A stretch of 45,553 bases of DNA from Deferribacterales bacterium. Its GTDB lineage: Bacteria; Chrysiogenota; Deferribacteres; Deferribacterales; Geovibrionaceae. The notes under the pieces are model-generated. The model made no database searches. It saw only the letters and a list, made by a program, of their open reading frames with translations, and was not told where the DNA came from. The translations under genes and the position numbers were made by a program. Where the stretch lies: assembly GCA_050253335.1 (NCBI GenBank), contig JBFWJG010000014.1, positions 1-45,553 of the forward strand. The letters run 5' to 3'. Shown here one piece after another: positions 18,431-29,316 of the stretch (positions are counted from its first letter, which is position 1; each line of letters begins with the position of its first letter).

Positions 18431-19785
18431 AAAGACTCGCAGCCTTAACGGCGGTTCTTCTGATTATTCCCGCCGCAGTATTTGCCAAAGATTTAAGGGT
18501 TATTTACAGGGATCTGGTTCAGGAGTCTGAAACAGTTTCCGGAACCATAGAAAAAGAGCTCCGGACGCTCAGGAACGACCGCGCGAAAATGAAGAGCGAA
18601 GTGGAGGCACTGGAAAGACAGCTTTCCTCACTTGATGCCGAGGCTGATGCCCTCCGCAGGGAGAGCGAAGGCTACATAAAGGCAATCAACGGCAACAGGG
18701 AAGCCCTTGGACGTGAAAACAGCAGCTTCACACAGATTGAGGCCGCTGTGGAGGCGGCTATGCAGGACTTCTTCGTGATGTCTCAGGAATATCCTTCTTA
18801 CGCTGTTCCGGGGAACGGAGACTTCTTTAAAAAAGGTGAGGAGCCCCTCTTTAAGCTGAACTTCCTTGCGGACAGCTATCTGGATTTCATAGGCTATGCC
18901 TCAAAGGTCAGCCTGCGCGATATGTCCGTAACTGATACGGACGGAACCCTGAAAAACGTTCAGGTGCTTTCTCTCGGCACATTTGCGGATGTGTATAAAG
19001 ACGGAAACGAATACGGATACCTCGCCAGAAATCCTGAAGGCGGACTCCAGAAGGTTGCGGGCGTTCCTTCAGAAGAGCGCGGACTAATTGAGAAGTATTT
19101 CAGGGGAGAAACGGATGATATGTCTCTGGATTTCTCCGGCGGAGCGGTTTTCAAACAGTGGGAGAACAAAATAACGCTCCTTTCCCAGCTTAAAAAGGGC
19201 GGGCTTCTGATAATTCCGATTATTCTTGTGGCGGTCTTTGCCCTGCTGCTGGCATTCGAAAGGGCGTACAGCCTTTATTTCAAAGGGCTCGGTGCTCTGG
19301 ACTCGGTGGATGACATAGCCGCCAAGCTTGAGGCCGGAAAAACGGACGAGGCGCTCAAAAGTGCCGAAAGCATAAAATCATCCCCTCTGGGCAGGGTCTG
19401 CATGGCGGTAATCCCTTTCCGCACATGCACATTGCAGGCGAGGGAAAACATACTGAACGAGGCTCTTCTAAGGGAAGTGCCTGTTATAGAGAGAAACCTC
19501 TCCCACCTTTCCACCTGCGCGGCTGTTGCGCCTATGCTCGGTCTTCTGGGCACAGTGACAGGGATGATAAGCACCTTCCACGTGATCACACTGTACGGTT
19601 CGGGTGACCCGAGGCTGATGGCGGGCGGTATCTCCGAAGCGCTTATAACGACTATGTTCGGCCTGATAGTGGCAATACCCGTGATGCTTGTGCACACATT
19701 TTTCGCCAGACGCGCCGAAACACTTCTGGACAGGCTTCAGGAGGCGGGCATGAAGGTGTTCAACTCAGCGGGAACCGGAAAATGA
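18427..19785 (+). CDS. TtpC-like large MotA/TolQ/ExbB protein with periplasmic N-terminal domain
   Basis: Signal peptide plus coiled coil, then APMLGLLGTVTGMI..F and MAGGISEALITT. Confidence 0.88.
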   Translation: MKRLAALTAVLLIIPAAVFAKDLRVIYRDLVQESETVSGTIEKELRTLRNDRAKMKSEVEALERQLSSLDAEADALRRESEGYIKAINGNREALGRENSSFTQIEAAVEAAMQDFFVMSQEYPSYAVPGNGDFFKKGEEPLFKLNFLADSYLDFIGYASKVSLRDMSVTDTDGTLKNVQVLSLGTFADVYKDGNEYGYLARNPEGGLQKVAGVPSEERGLIEKYFRGETDDMSLDFSGGAVFKQWENKITLLSQLKKGGLLIIPIILVAVFALLLAFERAYSLYFKGLGALDSVDDIAAKLEAGKTDEALKSAESIKSSPLGRVCMAVIPFRTCTLQARENILNEALLREVPVIERNLSHLSTCAAVAPMLGLLGTVTGMISTFHVITLYGSGDPRLMAGGISEALITTMFGLIVAIPVMLVHTFFARRAETLLDRLQEAGMKVFNSAGTGK

Positions 19786-20327
19786 CAGGCGAAATTTTCA
19801 GGGTAGTCACAGACAATACTGTTCAGACCATGATCTTCTTTCTGAACATATATATCTGGTTCTGCATAATAGACAGGCTGTTTCTCTACGGCTGGCTTCT
19901 GCTGCCCGAAAAGAGGAGCAGTGTTTCCCGCATCACCGTGAAGGTGCGCGCGGAACTGAACGCTCTTCACATAGTTTATGAGAACGAAAAACAGCTTGCG
20001 CCGTATATCGGCAAATACGTCAGAATGCTTGAACACAGGCTTTCGGGGATAAAGACAGGCACAGCCGCGGCTCCCATGCTGGGGCTTCTGGGTACAGTAT
20101 GGGGCATGCTCATAGCTTTCAGCGTAATGTCCGAAAGCGGAACAGGCGAGCCTGCCATGATAGCCCACGGCATCTCAAGCGCGCTGTCCACAACCATGTG
20201 GGGGCTTGTGGCGGCTATACCGGGGCTTGTGGCGCTTCCTTTTCTCCAGAGGCTTAAAATAAGGCTGATAAACAAAATCAACGCAGAAAAAATAACCTAT
20301 ATCGGAGGACAGTCATGCAGCGTATAG
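19782..20327 (+). CDS. exbB: ExbB/TolQ family proton channel protein
   Basis: AAPMLGLLGTVWGML and GISSALSTT. Confidence 0.88.
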   Translation: MTGEIFRVVTDNTVQTMIFFLNIYIWFCIIDRLFLYGWLLLPEKRSSVSRITVKVRAELNALHIVYENEKQLAPYIGKYVRMLEHRLSGIKTGTAAAPMLGLLGTVWGMLIAFSVMSESGTGEPAMIAHGISSALSTTMWGLVAAIPGLVALPFLQRLKIRLINKINAEKITYIGGQSCSV

Positions 20328-20722
20328 CGAGACGTTCCTCGGGGAATTCATCCTCAATAGATATGACGCCGATGATCGACCTCATATTCCTGCTTCTGAT
20401 CTTCTTCATAGTCACGACAAGCTTTGTGAAGGAGACGGGGATAGAGGTGGAAAAACCCGTGGCCGCCACAGCGCAGAAGAAGGAGGATTCCTCCGTGCTC
20501 ATAGCTGTTACGGGCGACGGGCGCATCTTCATGGACAATCAGGAAGTGGATATAAGAAGCGTAAGGGGCAGGGTGTCCGTAATGCTTTCAGACAACCCGA
20601 AGGCGGCGGCGGTTGTGATAGCCGATAAAAACGCGCGGGTTGAAACAGTCGTTGAAATAATGGATCAATGCCGCCTCGCAGGTGTAAACCATGTGAGCCT
20701 GGCGGCGAAGGGCGGACAGTGA
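20315..20722 (+). CDS. exbD: ExbD/TolR family protein
   Basis: IDMTPMIDLIFLLLIFFIVT with the conserved TM Asp; VIADK. Confidence 0.92.
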   Translation: MQRIARRSSGNSSSIDMTPMIDLIFLLLIFFIVTTSFVKETGIEVEKPVAATAQKKEDSSVLIAVTGDGRIFMDNQEVDIRSVRGRVSVMLSDNPKAAAVVIADKNARVETVVEIMDQCRLAGVNHVSLAAKGGQ

Positions 20723-21396
20723 GCAGGTTCTCCTCCTTAGGTTTAAATCTGCTCAAGTGGCTTCTGGCCTTTGTGATGACGCTGCTGATATTTTCTCTGT
20801 TCATCACTATGAACCGTGAGCACAATTTTGACACATCAGACCGGAGCGATGCCTTCCGTGTGATGATCAGTGAGCGTGCGGCGGAAAACATACAGCAGGA
20901 AAAACACGAACTGCCCAAGGAGCCGGAGACAGAGCGTGTGCCCGCCCAGCAGCCGCTGATGCAGGAGATGCCCCTGGAGGCGGATGTTGACGCAGGAGAT
21001 ACTGGGATAAGCATTCAGGTTTCGGAAGTGAAGGTTCAGCCTGCGGCGCTTCCGAGCATAAGCGCTCCCGCACAGCCCGTTTCAGCCCCTTCCGATGCTG
21101 TTTACGGCCTGAGCGATCTGGACAACAGACCGAGACAGACTGTCAACGTCAGACCCGATTACCCCAGATACGCCGTAAACAACAGGATAGAAGGGAGCGT
21201 AACTGTCGGCTTCACTCTGGACAGAAGCGGAAATGTTGTTAATCCGCAGACGGTTAAGGCTGACCCGCCTAATGTTTTTGAAAGCTCGGCGCTGGCCGCT
21301 GTGCGGAAATGGAAGTTTACCCCCGCCATCAAAGGGGGCGAAACGGTTAATGTGCGCATGATAGTAGTTGTAAAATTCACACTGGAAAAATACTGA
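20719..21396 (+). CDS. tonB: TonB energy transducer
   Basis: N-terminal TM, Pro/Glu-rich linker and C-terminal domain PDYPRYA..IEGSV..AVRKWKFTP. The GTG start overlaps the exbD TGA. Confidence 0.9.
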   Translation: MSRFSSLGLNLLKWLLAFVMTLLIFSLFITMNREHNFDTSDRSDAFRVMISERAAENIQQEKHELPKEPETERVPAQQPLMQEMPLEADVDAGDTGISIQVSEVKVQPAALPSISAPAQPVSAPSDAVYGLSDLDNRPRQTVNVRPDYPRYAVNNRIEGSVTVGFTLDRSGNVVNPQTVKADPPNVFESSALAAVRKWKFTPAIKGGETVNVRMIVVVKFTLEKY

Positions 21397-22553
21397 TGAA
21401 AAAGCTGTTGATAATCCTCTTATCAGCGGTGTCCGTGGGTGTTTATGCCTCGGATGCCGAAAAAGGGCTCACCATGGAAGCCCGCGCGGCCTATAACAAG
21501 GCTCACGGCTTTTATGAAAAAGGCGAGACAGGCAGGGCAGAGGAAGCGATCAGGGAATACAGAAAACAGTTTCCCGATGCGCCTCACGGTCTGCACAGCA
21601 TGCTGATGGGCAATATATGCCTTAAAAAGCAGGATAAAAAATGCGCCATGAGGGAGTTTGAGGACAGTGCCCTTTTCTTCGGGGACAACACGCAGATGTG
21701 GGAGAATGCCGCCCTTCTTGCTTATGAGAATAAGGAATACAAAAAGGCGGAACAGCTCCTGAACAGGCTCTCTGCTCTTACAAGTCTGAACATCCCGCAG
21801 AAGAAGATTCTCCTTTCCGTCTATTTCGCTGATCGCCAGTGGGTTAAAGCCGCTTCCGTTATAACTCCGGCGGAGTTTAAGGGGATGGATGATTCCGATG
21901 CGAAGGCCGTTCTCGCCGCGACTTTCCGTGCAGGGAGGAAGGATGCCTTCTATTCCATGCTGAAAGGCAGAATAGACGAGACACAGAACCCCGAATGGTG
22001 GAAATATTACGCCGCCTTCGCCCTTGAAGACGGCAGAATAAAAGAAGGTGTCTCTGCCATGAGAACATACGCCCGCACAGGCAGTATCGGCGGGGCGGAT
22101 AAGGTGACGGCGGCGAAACTTCTGGCGAGCGCAAAGGTCTATGATGAAGCGGCTGAGTTTTTCGCCGCCGCCATGAACGAGGTGAATCTGGAATGCCGTG
22201 ACATGGTTTTTGCGGGCAATGTGGCCAGAAAAGCCGGACAGTTTGAAAACTCAATAAAAATATTCGATAAGGCCTCAGATGCCGGATGCTCCGGCAGGGT
22301 TCTGAGCTCAAAAGCAGTAACCTATTTTATGAAAAAGGATTACAGAAAAGCGGCTGAAACTTTTGCCATCGCCTCGGAAAAAGAGGGGAACAGGTCATAC
22401 GGCTCTTACATGGCCGGACTTTCCTACTACAAGGCAGGCGACAGGGAAAATGCCCGCCGTTTACTGAAAATGGCCGGAAAAAACAGTGAGTACGGCAGAC
22501 GCGCAATAAAGCTTCTGGAATACATGGAGGAAAATGATGATAAAAACAGTTAA
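21396..22553 (+). CDS. Periplasmic TPR protein (TtpD-like position)
   Basis: Signal peptide and repeated TPR-like helices; coupled to tonB. Confidence 0.75.
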   Translation: MKKLLIILLSAVSVGVYASDAEKGLTMEARAAYNKAHGFYEKGETGRAEEAIREYRKQFPDAPHGLHSMLMGNICLKKQDKKCAMREFEDSALFFGDNTQMWENAALLAYENKEYKKAEQLLNRLSALTSLNIPQKKILLSVYFADRQWVKAASVITPAEFKGMDDSDAKAVLAATFRAGRKDAFYSMLKGRIDETQNPEWWKYYAAFALEDGRIKEGVSAMRTYARTGSIGGADKVTAAKLLASAKVYDEAAEFFAAAMNEVNLECRDMVFAGNVARKAGQFENSIKIFDKASDAGCSGRVLSSKAVTYFMKKDYRKAAETFAIASEKEGNRSYGSYMAGLSYYKAGDRENARRLLKMAGKNSEYGRRAIKLLEYMEENDDKNS

Positions 22554-25368
22554 AAACGTCCGCAGACTTATAACAGCGCTGGCCGCTGTTTTTGCGTGCG
22601 GGTTTCTGCTTAATTCTGCCGCATGGGCAGGAGTTGAGGAGAAGCTTCCTTTCAGCGATAAAATTATTTACGGCAAACTGGAAAACGGACTTCAGTACTA
22701 TATCAGGCAGAATGATCTGCCTATGGACAAGGCGGAGCTGCGTCTCAATGTCAGAACCGGCTCCCTGAACGAAACCGAGGCCGAGCGGGGCGTGGCTCAC
22801 TTTGTGGAGCATATGGCGTTTAACGGTACAAGAAACTTTAAAGGGAATGACCTCATTAAGTTCATGGAGGAACTGGGACTTACCTTCGGCCAGCATTCAA
22901 ACGCATACACCTCCTCCGAAAATACATACTACCAGCTCAGTGTTCCCGCGGAAAGGGATGAACTGATAGCTGATTCTTTTAAAATAATGCGTGACTGGGC
23001 GGACGGCATAACCTTTGATGAAAAAGAGATTGAAAGGGAAAAGGGCGTGATAACTGAGGAGTGGCGTATGCGCAATGATATGCGCAGCCGTATACGCAAT
23101 ATGTCGAGGGAATATCTTCTGGAGGGCTCGCTTTACCCTCAGAGAGACCCCATCGGGCTCATGGAGATCATAGCTTCGGCTGATAAAGCGCTTCTGAAAG
23201 GCTACTACGATAAATGGTACACCCCTGAGAATATGTCCGTCATAGTTGTGGGGAACATAGACCCCGAAAAGGCGGAAAAGCTCATCAAACAGAACTTTGC
23301 ATCTCTTAAAGCCAAGAAAACGCCCGAAAAGGCGGATACATCAGTCCCGTTTCAGGAAGGGCTGAGGGTGCGTACTATAACGGACCCCGAAGCGGCTTCT
23401 GTTTCGCTCTCCTACAACATTTTCAGCAGAGAAGGAAGGGTGGAAACCTATGAACACCTCAGGCGGAACGTGCTTGAAAGCGGTGCAATGAGTATGCTGA
23501 ACAAGCGTGTCGCCGCGAAGATACTTGAGAAGAGAAGCGAGCTCCTCTCTTTCCGTGCGGGGAAATCCGGCATGACGGACAGCCTTGCGCTCACAAGGTT
23601 TTCCATTATGACACGGCCTGAAACAATCGATTCGGACATAAAAGAGATGCTCACCGAAATTGAGCGTGTAAAGCGCTACGGCTTCAATGCGGATGAACTC
23701 AGGGAGTTTGTAACCTCGCAGAAAACTTATCTGGAGCGTGCGGCCAGTCCCGACTACAAATATCCGTCTGATAAATATGCGGATATGATAGCCCAGTACG
23801 ACACATTCGGCGGACACCTCACGGAGTTTACGCAGGATAAGGCGCTTCTGGACAGAATTTTCGGCGAGACGGACATCAAAGACTATAACGAAGCATTCAG
23901 CAGGCTTCTCCTGAGTGACAGCCGTATGGTTATTCTGACTATGCCTGAGCGGGATGCGGATAAAATATCCGTCACTGAGGAAAAATTCCTGAAAATCCTG
24001 TCTGAAGCGGAAAAAAGTGAAATCAAGGCGGAAGCCTCCGGCGGGATTCTGGATAAAATAATCAGCAAGGAGCCTGAGGGCGGAATAATAAAATCAAGGA
24101 AAAGCTTCGCCAATGTTGACGGAGAGCTTATCACCTACGGCAACGGCGTGCGCCTCTTCATAAAAAATAACCCTGTGGACAAAAACCGCTTTATGCTCAC
24201 AGCGAAGAAGCCCGGCGGTTTTTCAGTCATGGGGGACGAGGAAATACTCTACGCTGATTTCATGCAGAAAGCGCTGATTGCAAGCGGCTTTCAGGGTATC
24301 AGCAGAAGAGAGCTCCAGACATTCCTCGCAGGCAAAAGGGTGAACGCCGCACCGTCTGTCACAGGAAGCACATTTGACTTCGGCGGCGGCGGGGACAGCG
24401 AAGACATGGAAACCATGTTTCAGCTTATCTACAAATATCTCACAGCGCCGGACATAGACAGAAACGCGTTTGACGCGCTGATAAAATCAACGGCCAACTC
24501 GCTTGAAAACGCCGAGAAAGACAAAAAAACAGTCTTTTTCCGTGACGCGGCGGAGAAGATGCTTAACGACAATTACAGACGTGGATACCTCCTTGAGGCG
24601 GATCTGCCAGGCATCACCCCTGAAAAGCTGATGAAGATCTATAAAGCTTACTTCAGCGATATAAACAACTTCATTTTTGTGATCTCAGGCGATGTTGACA
24701 GAGAAAAAACAGCGGAGCTGGGGCGCAGATATCTGGGCGGTCTGCCTGCCGTGAACGTCAGAGCCGAAGCGGTTGACAGAGGCATCAGGCTGAAAGACAA
24801 GTACGGCACGGCGGAAGGGTTCGGTGATGTGGAAAACAGATCCACCGTGATGATCCGCTTCGATAAGGATGTGGAATACACCGCGAACGGCAGATACAGC
24901 ACATCGCTGTTAAGGCGTGTTCTCAACCAGAGGATGCGTGAGAACATCCGCGAGGATATGGGCGGGGTATACTCCGTCAGTGCTTTCATCAGCTACTCCG
25001 ACTATCCTGAAACTGTTTTCTCCGGCAGGGTTTCATTCACATGCGATCCCGCCCGCAGAGACGGCATAATTGAAGAAGTGCTCAGAATCATAAATGACAT
25101 AGCGGAAAACGGCATAACCTCAAAAGAACTTGAAACTGCGAAAAACCAGCAGAACGTTCAGTATGACGCATCGGGAGAAGATAACCGTTTCTGGGCGGGG
25201 ACGATTGTGTTTGACTTTATCCGCGATGAACCTGTTCTCTCTGTTGGTGAGCTGAAGGAGATAGTAAACGGAATAAGCCTCGAAAGCGTGAACGCTTTTG
25301 CGGCTGAATACATGAAGGATATGCGTATTTTCGCCGCATCGTACAATCCGGAGGCAAAAGTTGAATAG
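22534..25368 (+). CDS. pqqL: M16 family zinc metalloprotease, PqqL/FusC-like
   Basis: Signal peptide, GKLENGLQYYI, inverted zincin HFVEHMAFNGT, NAYTS, IEREKGVITEE and C-terminal IREDMGGVYS. Confidence 0.88.
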   Translation: MMIKTVKNVRRLITALAAVFACGFLLNSAAWAGVEEKLPFSDKIIYGKLENGLQYYIRQNDLPMDKAELRLNVRTGSLNETEAERGVAHFVEHMAFNGTRNFKGNDLIKFMEELGLTFGQHSNAYTSSENTYYQLSVPAERDELIADSFKIMRDWADGITFDEKEIEREKGVITEEWRMRNDMRSRIRNMSREYLLEGSLYPQRDPIGLMEIIASADKALLKGYYDKWYTPENMSVIVVGNIDPEKAEKLIKQNFASLKAKKTPEKADTSVPFQEGLRVRTITDPEAASVSLSYNIFSREGRVETYEHLRRNVLESGAMSMLNKRVAAKILEKRSELLSFRAGKSGMTDSLALTRFSIMTRPETIDSDIKEMLTEIERVKRYGFNADELREFVTSQKTYLERAASPDYKYPSDKYADMIAQYDTFGGHLTEFTQDKALLDRIFGETDIKDYNEAFSRLLLSDSRMVILTMPERDADKISVTEEKFLKILSEAEKSEIKAEASGGILDKIISKEPEGGIIKSRKSFANVDGELITYGNGVRLFIKNNPVDKNRFMLTAKKPGGFSVMGDEEILYADFMQKALIASGFQGISRRELQTFLAGKRVNAAPSVTGSTFDFGGGGDSEDMETMFQLIYKYLTAPDIDRNAFDALIKSTANSLENAEKDKKTVFFRDAAEKMLNDNYRRGYLLEADLPGITPEKLMKIYKAYFSDINNFIFVISGDVDREKTAELGRRYLGGLPAVNVRAEAVDRGIRLKDKYGTAEGFGDVENRSTVMIRFDKDVEYTANGRYSTSLLRRVLNQRMRENIREDMGGVYSVSAFISYSDYPETVFSGRVSFTCDPARRDGIIEEVLRIINDIAENGITSKELETAKNQQNVQYDASGEDNRFWAGTIVFDFIRDEPVLSVGELKEIVNGISLESVNAFAAEYMKDMRIFAASYNPEAKVE

Positions 25369-27175
25369 ACTTCTGCTTCTGATGCTTGCCCTCTGCCTGT
25401 GTTTTTCTCAGGCGGAGGCGGGGGTTACGAAAACCCACGGTTTCTCGCTCACTGACGGACTGAAATACGGCGCCGATTTCAGGCATTTTGAATATGTAAA
25501 CCCCAAGGCGCCCAAAGGGGGCACTCTGCGCAGGGCGATGTACGGCACTTTTGACAGCTTTAACCCGTTTGCGCCCAAGGGTGTTTCAATAAAGGCCACA
25601 GGCTATCTCCACGACAGCCTGATGACCTCCTCCGCTGATGAGTCCCTGAGTTATTACGGCCTCATAGCCGAAACCATGGAGTATCCGGACGACTATTCAT
25701 GGGCGATATTCAACCTCCGCCCCGAAGCGAAATGGAGCGACGGAACACCGCTCACTGCGGATGATGTTGTTTTCAGCTTTGAGAAAATCACGGAGGTCAG
25801 CCCGTTTTACCGCAATTACTATAATCTGATAACAAAGGCTGAGGCACTGGGAAAGCACAGGGTTAAGTTTCACTTCGCAAAAGAGAAAACCAGCCGCGAG
25901 CTTCCGCTCATAGCCGGTCAGCTTTCCATTATTCCCAAGCATTTCTGGCAGAAGAGGGATCTCTCCAAATCATCCCTTGAGATACCGCCTGTGAGCGGAG
26001 CATACAGAATCGCCTCCTTTGACGCGGGAAAAAGGGTAACCTTCGGGCGGGTCAGGGACTACTGGGGCGAGAAGCTTCCCGTGAACATTGGCCAGAATAA
26101 CTTCGACACCATTGTCTTTGAATATTTCAGGGATCAGACAGTAGCCTTTGAGGCCTTCAAGGCAGGGCACTTCGATTTCACGGCGGAAAGCTCCGGCCGC
26201 AGATGGTACAGGGGCTACACCGGAAAATATTTTGACATCGGGCTGATCAGAAAGGAAGAGATACCTCACAAAAACCCGCAGGGGATGAAAGGCATAGTAT
26301 TCAACACGGCACTTAAACCTCTGGATAATATACTTGTGCGCAAGGCGCTCAACTATGCCTACGATTACGACTGGATAAACAAAAACATCTATTTCGATCA
26401 GGATAAAAGGCACGACAGCTTCTTCTCAAACTCTGAACTCGCCTGCGGCGCAGTGCCTGCGGCGGATGTTGCGGCCGTGATAAAACAGGTTAAGCCTGAC
26501 GCGGGGGATGAACTGCTCAGGGCACGGTTCAGATTTCCCACGACGGACGGCAGCGGGAACAACAGGGAAAACCTGAAAACCGCTGTGCAGCTTTTCGAAC
26601 AGGCGGGCTACCGCATAGTGAACGGAAAAATGACCGGCAAGGACGGCAGGCCCCTTTATCTGGAGATAACCACATCCTCCAAAACCATCGAGAAGGAGCT
26701 GATGACCTTCAAAAAAGCCCTTGAGCGCATAGGCATAGACTTTTACATCAGGTACATGGACTCCACCCAGTTTGTGGATAAGGTGCGCGCGAAGGACTAC
26801 ATGATGATTTACACCGCAGTTAAGCAGTCCGAATCGCCGGGGAACGAACAGCGCAATATGTGGCACTCCGAAGCGGCGGACGAGGCGGGCAGCAGAAACT
26901 ACGCCCGCATAAAAGACCCCGCTGTGGACAGGCTTGTGGATATGATAATAAACGCGAAGGACAGAAAAAGCCTTGTGACATATTCCAAAGCGCTGGACAG
27001 GGTGCTTCTGAACGGATGGTATTTTATCCCCTCCGGCTATTCCGACAGATACCGGATCGCATACTGGGACAAGTTCGGCAAACCGGAAAAGATGCCCGAA
27101 TACAGTTTCGGCTTCGGCTCATGGTGGATAGAGCCTGAAAAAGAGAAAAAGATCGACAGTCTGATCAAAAGGTAA
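25361..27175 (+). CDS. yejA: Peptide ABC transporter substrate-binding protein, YejA-like
   Basis: HFEYVNPKAPKGG, GTFDSFNPF, DYWGEKLPVNIGQNNFD and YWDKFG; TTG start. Confidence 0.88.
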   Translation: MNRLLLLMLALCLCFSQAEAGVTKTHGFSLTDGLKYGADFRHFEYVNPKAPKGGTLRRAMYGTFDSFNPFAPKGVSIKATGYLHDSLMTSSADESLSYYGLIAETMEYPDDYSWAIFNLRPEAKWSDGTPLTADDVVFSFEKITEVSPFYRNYYNLITKAEALGKHRVKFHFAKEKTSRELPLIAGQLSIIPKHFWQKRDLSKSSLEIPPVSGAYRIASFDAGKRVTFGRVRDYWGEKLPVNIGQNNFDTIVFEYFRDQTVAFEAFKAGHFDFTAESSGRRWYRGYTGKYFDIGLIRKEEIPHKNPQGMKGIVFNTALKPLDNILVRKALNYAYDYDWINKNIYFDQDKRHDSFFSNSELACGAVPAADVAAVIKQVKPDAGDELLRARFRFPTTDGSGNNRENLKTAVQLFEQAGYRIVNGKMTGKDGRPLYLEITTSSKTIEKELMTFKKALERIGIDFYIRYMDSTQFVDKVRAKDYMMIYTAVKQSESPGNEQRNMWHSEAADEAGSRNYARIKDPAVDRLVDMIINAKDRKSLVTYSKALDRVLLNGWYFIPSGYSDRYRIAYWDKFGKPEKMPEYSFGFGSWWIEPEKEKKIDSLIKR

Positions 27176-28282
27176 ATGATGCTTCCGTATATTCTGAAGA
27201 GGCTGGTTCTCGTGATCCCCACTCTGCTGGGGATTGTCACCATAAACTTTTTTCTTGTGCAGATGGCTCCCGGCGGGCCTATGGAAACCATGATAGCCCG
27301 CATGACCGGAGAAGAGGTCACCGCGGAGCAGCGCGCCCTCCGGCAGGATGATGATTCCTCCGGCATGAACGCCCTCAGTGAGGACTCATCCGCTGCCGAA
27401 ATGTTCCGCGGCGGCGGCATATCCCCAGAGCTCATTGAAGACCTGAAAAAGCTCTACGGTTTCGACAGGCCGCTGCATGAGCGCTACCTCAAAATGCTGA
27501 AAGACTTTGTGATGTTCGAGTTCGGCGAGAGCTTTTTCCGTGATAAAAGCGTGATTGAACTGATAAAGGAAAAGCTCCCCGTTTCTGTTTCGCTGGGTGT
27601 GTGGACGACAATCCTTGTATATCTGATCAGCATTCCTCTGGGCATAAAAAAGGCTGTCCGCCACGGCAGCAGGTTTGATGTGTGGAGCTCTTTTGCCGTT
27701 ATAATGGGGAGCGCGATCCCCGTGTTCCTGTTTGCCGTTCTCCTCATAATCTTCTTCGCGGGGGGGAACTATTTTGCGTGGTTCCCGTTGAGGGGGCTTG
27801 TGTCCGACGGGTTCGCGGGTATGAGCCTGTGGGAGAAGCTTCTGGATTATCTTTGGCATATGTTCCTTCCCGTTGTTTCCATGCTGATAGGCGGTTTTGC
27901 CTCGCTCACCATGCTGACCAAAAACTCGTTTCTGGATGAAATTAACAGACAGTACGTAACCACCGCCAGAGCAAAGGGGTTGACGGAAAAGCGCATACTC
28001 TACGGCCATGTTTTCCGCAACTCCATGCTTATTGTTATCTCCGGCTTTCCAGCCGCGTTCATATCAATGTTTTTCACAGGCTCCCTTCTCATAGAGGTTA
28101 TATTCTCTCTGGACGGGCTGGGGCTCATGGGCTTTGAGGCCGCCATGAGCAGGGATTATCCTGTGATGTTTTCAACGCTTTACATCTTCACGCTCATGGG
28201 GCTTGTGCTGGGCATAATCAGTGATATTACATACACTCTGGTTGACCCGCGCATCTCCTTCAAAGCGGCGGACAGGGGGTAA
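27176..28282 (+). CDS. yejB: Peptide ABC transporter permease, YejB-like
   Basis: [25 protein letters not shown]-type loop TARAKGL and LVDPRI. Confidence 0.9.
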   Translation: MMLPYILKRLVLVIPTLLGIVTINFFLVQMAPGGPMETMIARMTGEEVTAEQRALRQDDDSSGMNALSEDSSAAEMFRGGGISPELIEDLKKLYGFDRPLHERYLKMLKDFVMFEFGESFFRDKSVIELIKEKLPVSVSLGVWTTILVYLISIPLGIKKAVRHGSRFDVWSSFAVIMGSAIPVFLFAVLLIIFFAGGNYFAWFPLRGLVSDGFAGMSLWEKLLDYLWHMFLPVVSMLIGGFASLTMLTKNSFLDEINRQYVTTARAKGLTEKRILYGHVFRNSMLIVISGFPAAFISMFFTGSLLIEVIFSLDGLGLMGFEAAMSRDYPVMFSTLYIFTLMGLVLGIISDITYTLVDPRISFKAADRG

Positions 28283-28284
28283 GG

Positions 28285-29316
28285 ATGAGGATTTCGCCCC
28301 TTACCGAACGGAGGCTCAGGCGTTTCCGCGGCAACAGGCGGGCATGGTATTCGCTTATCATGTTCTCCTTTCTGTTTCTGATGAGCCTCTGCGCGGAGAT
28401 AATAGCCAATGATAAACCCCTTGTAATGTCATACAGCGGAAAGCTGTATTTTCCGGTTCTGTTCACATACACAGAGAGCGAGTTCGGCGGTTTTTTCGAT
28501 ACCGAGGCGGACTACCGTGATCCGTTCATGCTGGAATCAATAGAGGAGAACGGCTGGGCAGTCTGGACACCGGTACGCTACAGCTACGACACCATAAATT
28601 ACGACACCGATACACCCCCGCCGACACCGCCGTCCCTTGCCAACCCTCTGGGGCTTGACGATCAGGGGAGAGATGTTTTCGCGAGGCTTCTTTACGGCTT
28701 CCGGCTTTCCGTACTGTTCGGGTTCATGCTCACGCTGGTCACATCCGTCATAGGTGTACTTGTGGGCGCTTTGCAGGGGTACTACGGCGGAAGGGTGGAT
28801 CTCTGGGGGCAGAGATTTATGGAGGTATGGTCGGGCATTCCCATGCTGTATCTGCTCATTCTTGCCAGCAGCATGATCCGTCCGGGGTTCTGGTGGCTGC
28901 TTCTTTTGATGTCAGTCTTCGGGTGGATGAGCCTTGTGGGCGTGGTGCGGGCTGAGTTCCTCAAAGGGCGCGAGCTTGAATATGTACAGGCGGCGCGTGT
29001 TCTCGGCGTGCGGGACTCGGTCATTATGTTCCGCCACATACTCCCTAATGCCCTTGTTGCCGCCATGACATTCCTGCCGTTCATACTCAGCGGCTCCATA
29101 GGCGTTCTCACATCGCTTGATTTCCTTGGTTTCGGCATGCCTCCGGGTTCGCCTTCCATAGGAGAACTGCTTGCGGCGGGCAAGTCGAACCTGCATGCCC
29201 CGTGGCTTGGTATTTCAGCTTTTGTGACGGTTTCGCTTATGCTGAGTCTGCTGGTTTTCATAGGGGAGGGGATGCGTGACGCTCTCGATCCCAGATACAC
29301 AGGTAACAGAAAATGA
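28285..29316 (+). CDS. yejE: Peptide ABC transporter permease, YejE-like
   Basis: AEIIANDKP, LGLDDQGRDVFARLLYGFR and GEGMRDALDP. Confidence 0.9.
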   Translation: MRISPLTERRLRRFRGNRRAWYSLIMFSFLFLMSLCAEIIANDKPLVMSYSGKLYFPVLFTYTESEFGGFFDTEADYRDPFMLESIEENGWAVWTPVRYSYDTINYDTDTPPPTPPSLANPLGLDDQGRDVFARLLYGFRLSVLFGFMLTLVTSVIGVLVGALQGYYGGRVDLWGQRFMEVWSGIPMLYLLILASSMIRPGFWWLLLLMSVFGWMSLVGVVRAEFLKGRELEYVQAARVLGVRDSVIMFRHILPNALVAAMTFLPFILSGSIGVLTSLDFLGFGMPPGSPSIGELLAAGKSNLHAPWLGISAFVTVSLMLSLLVFIGEGMRDALDPRYTGNRK

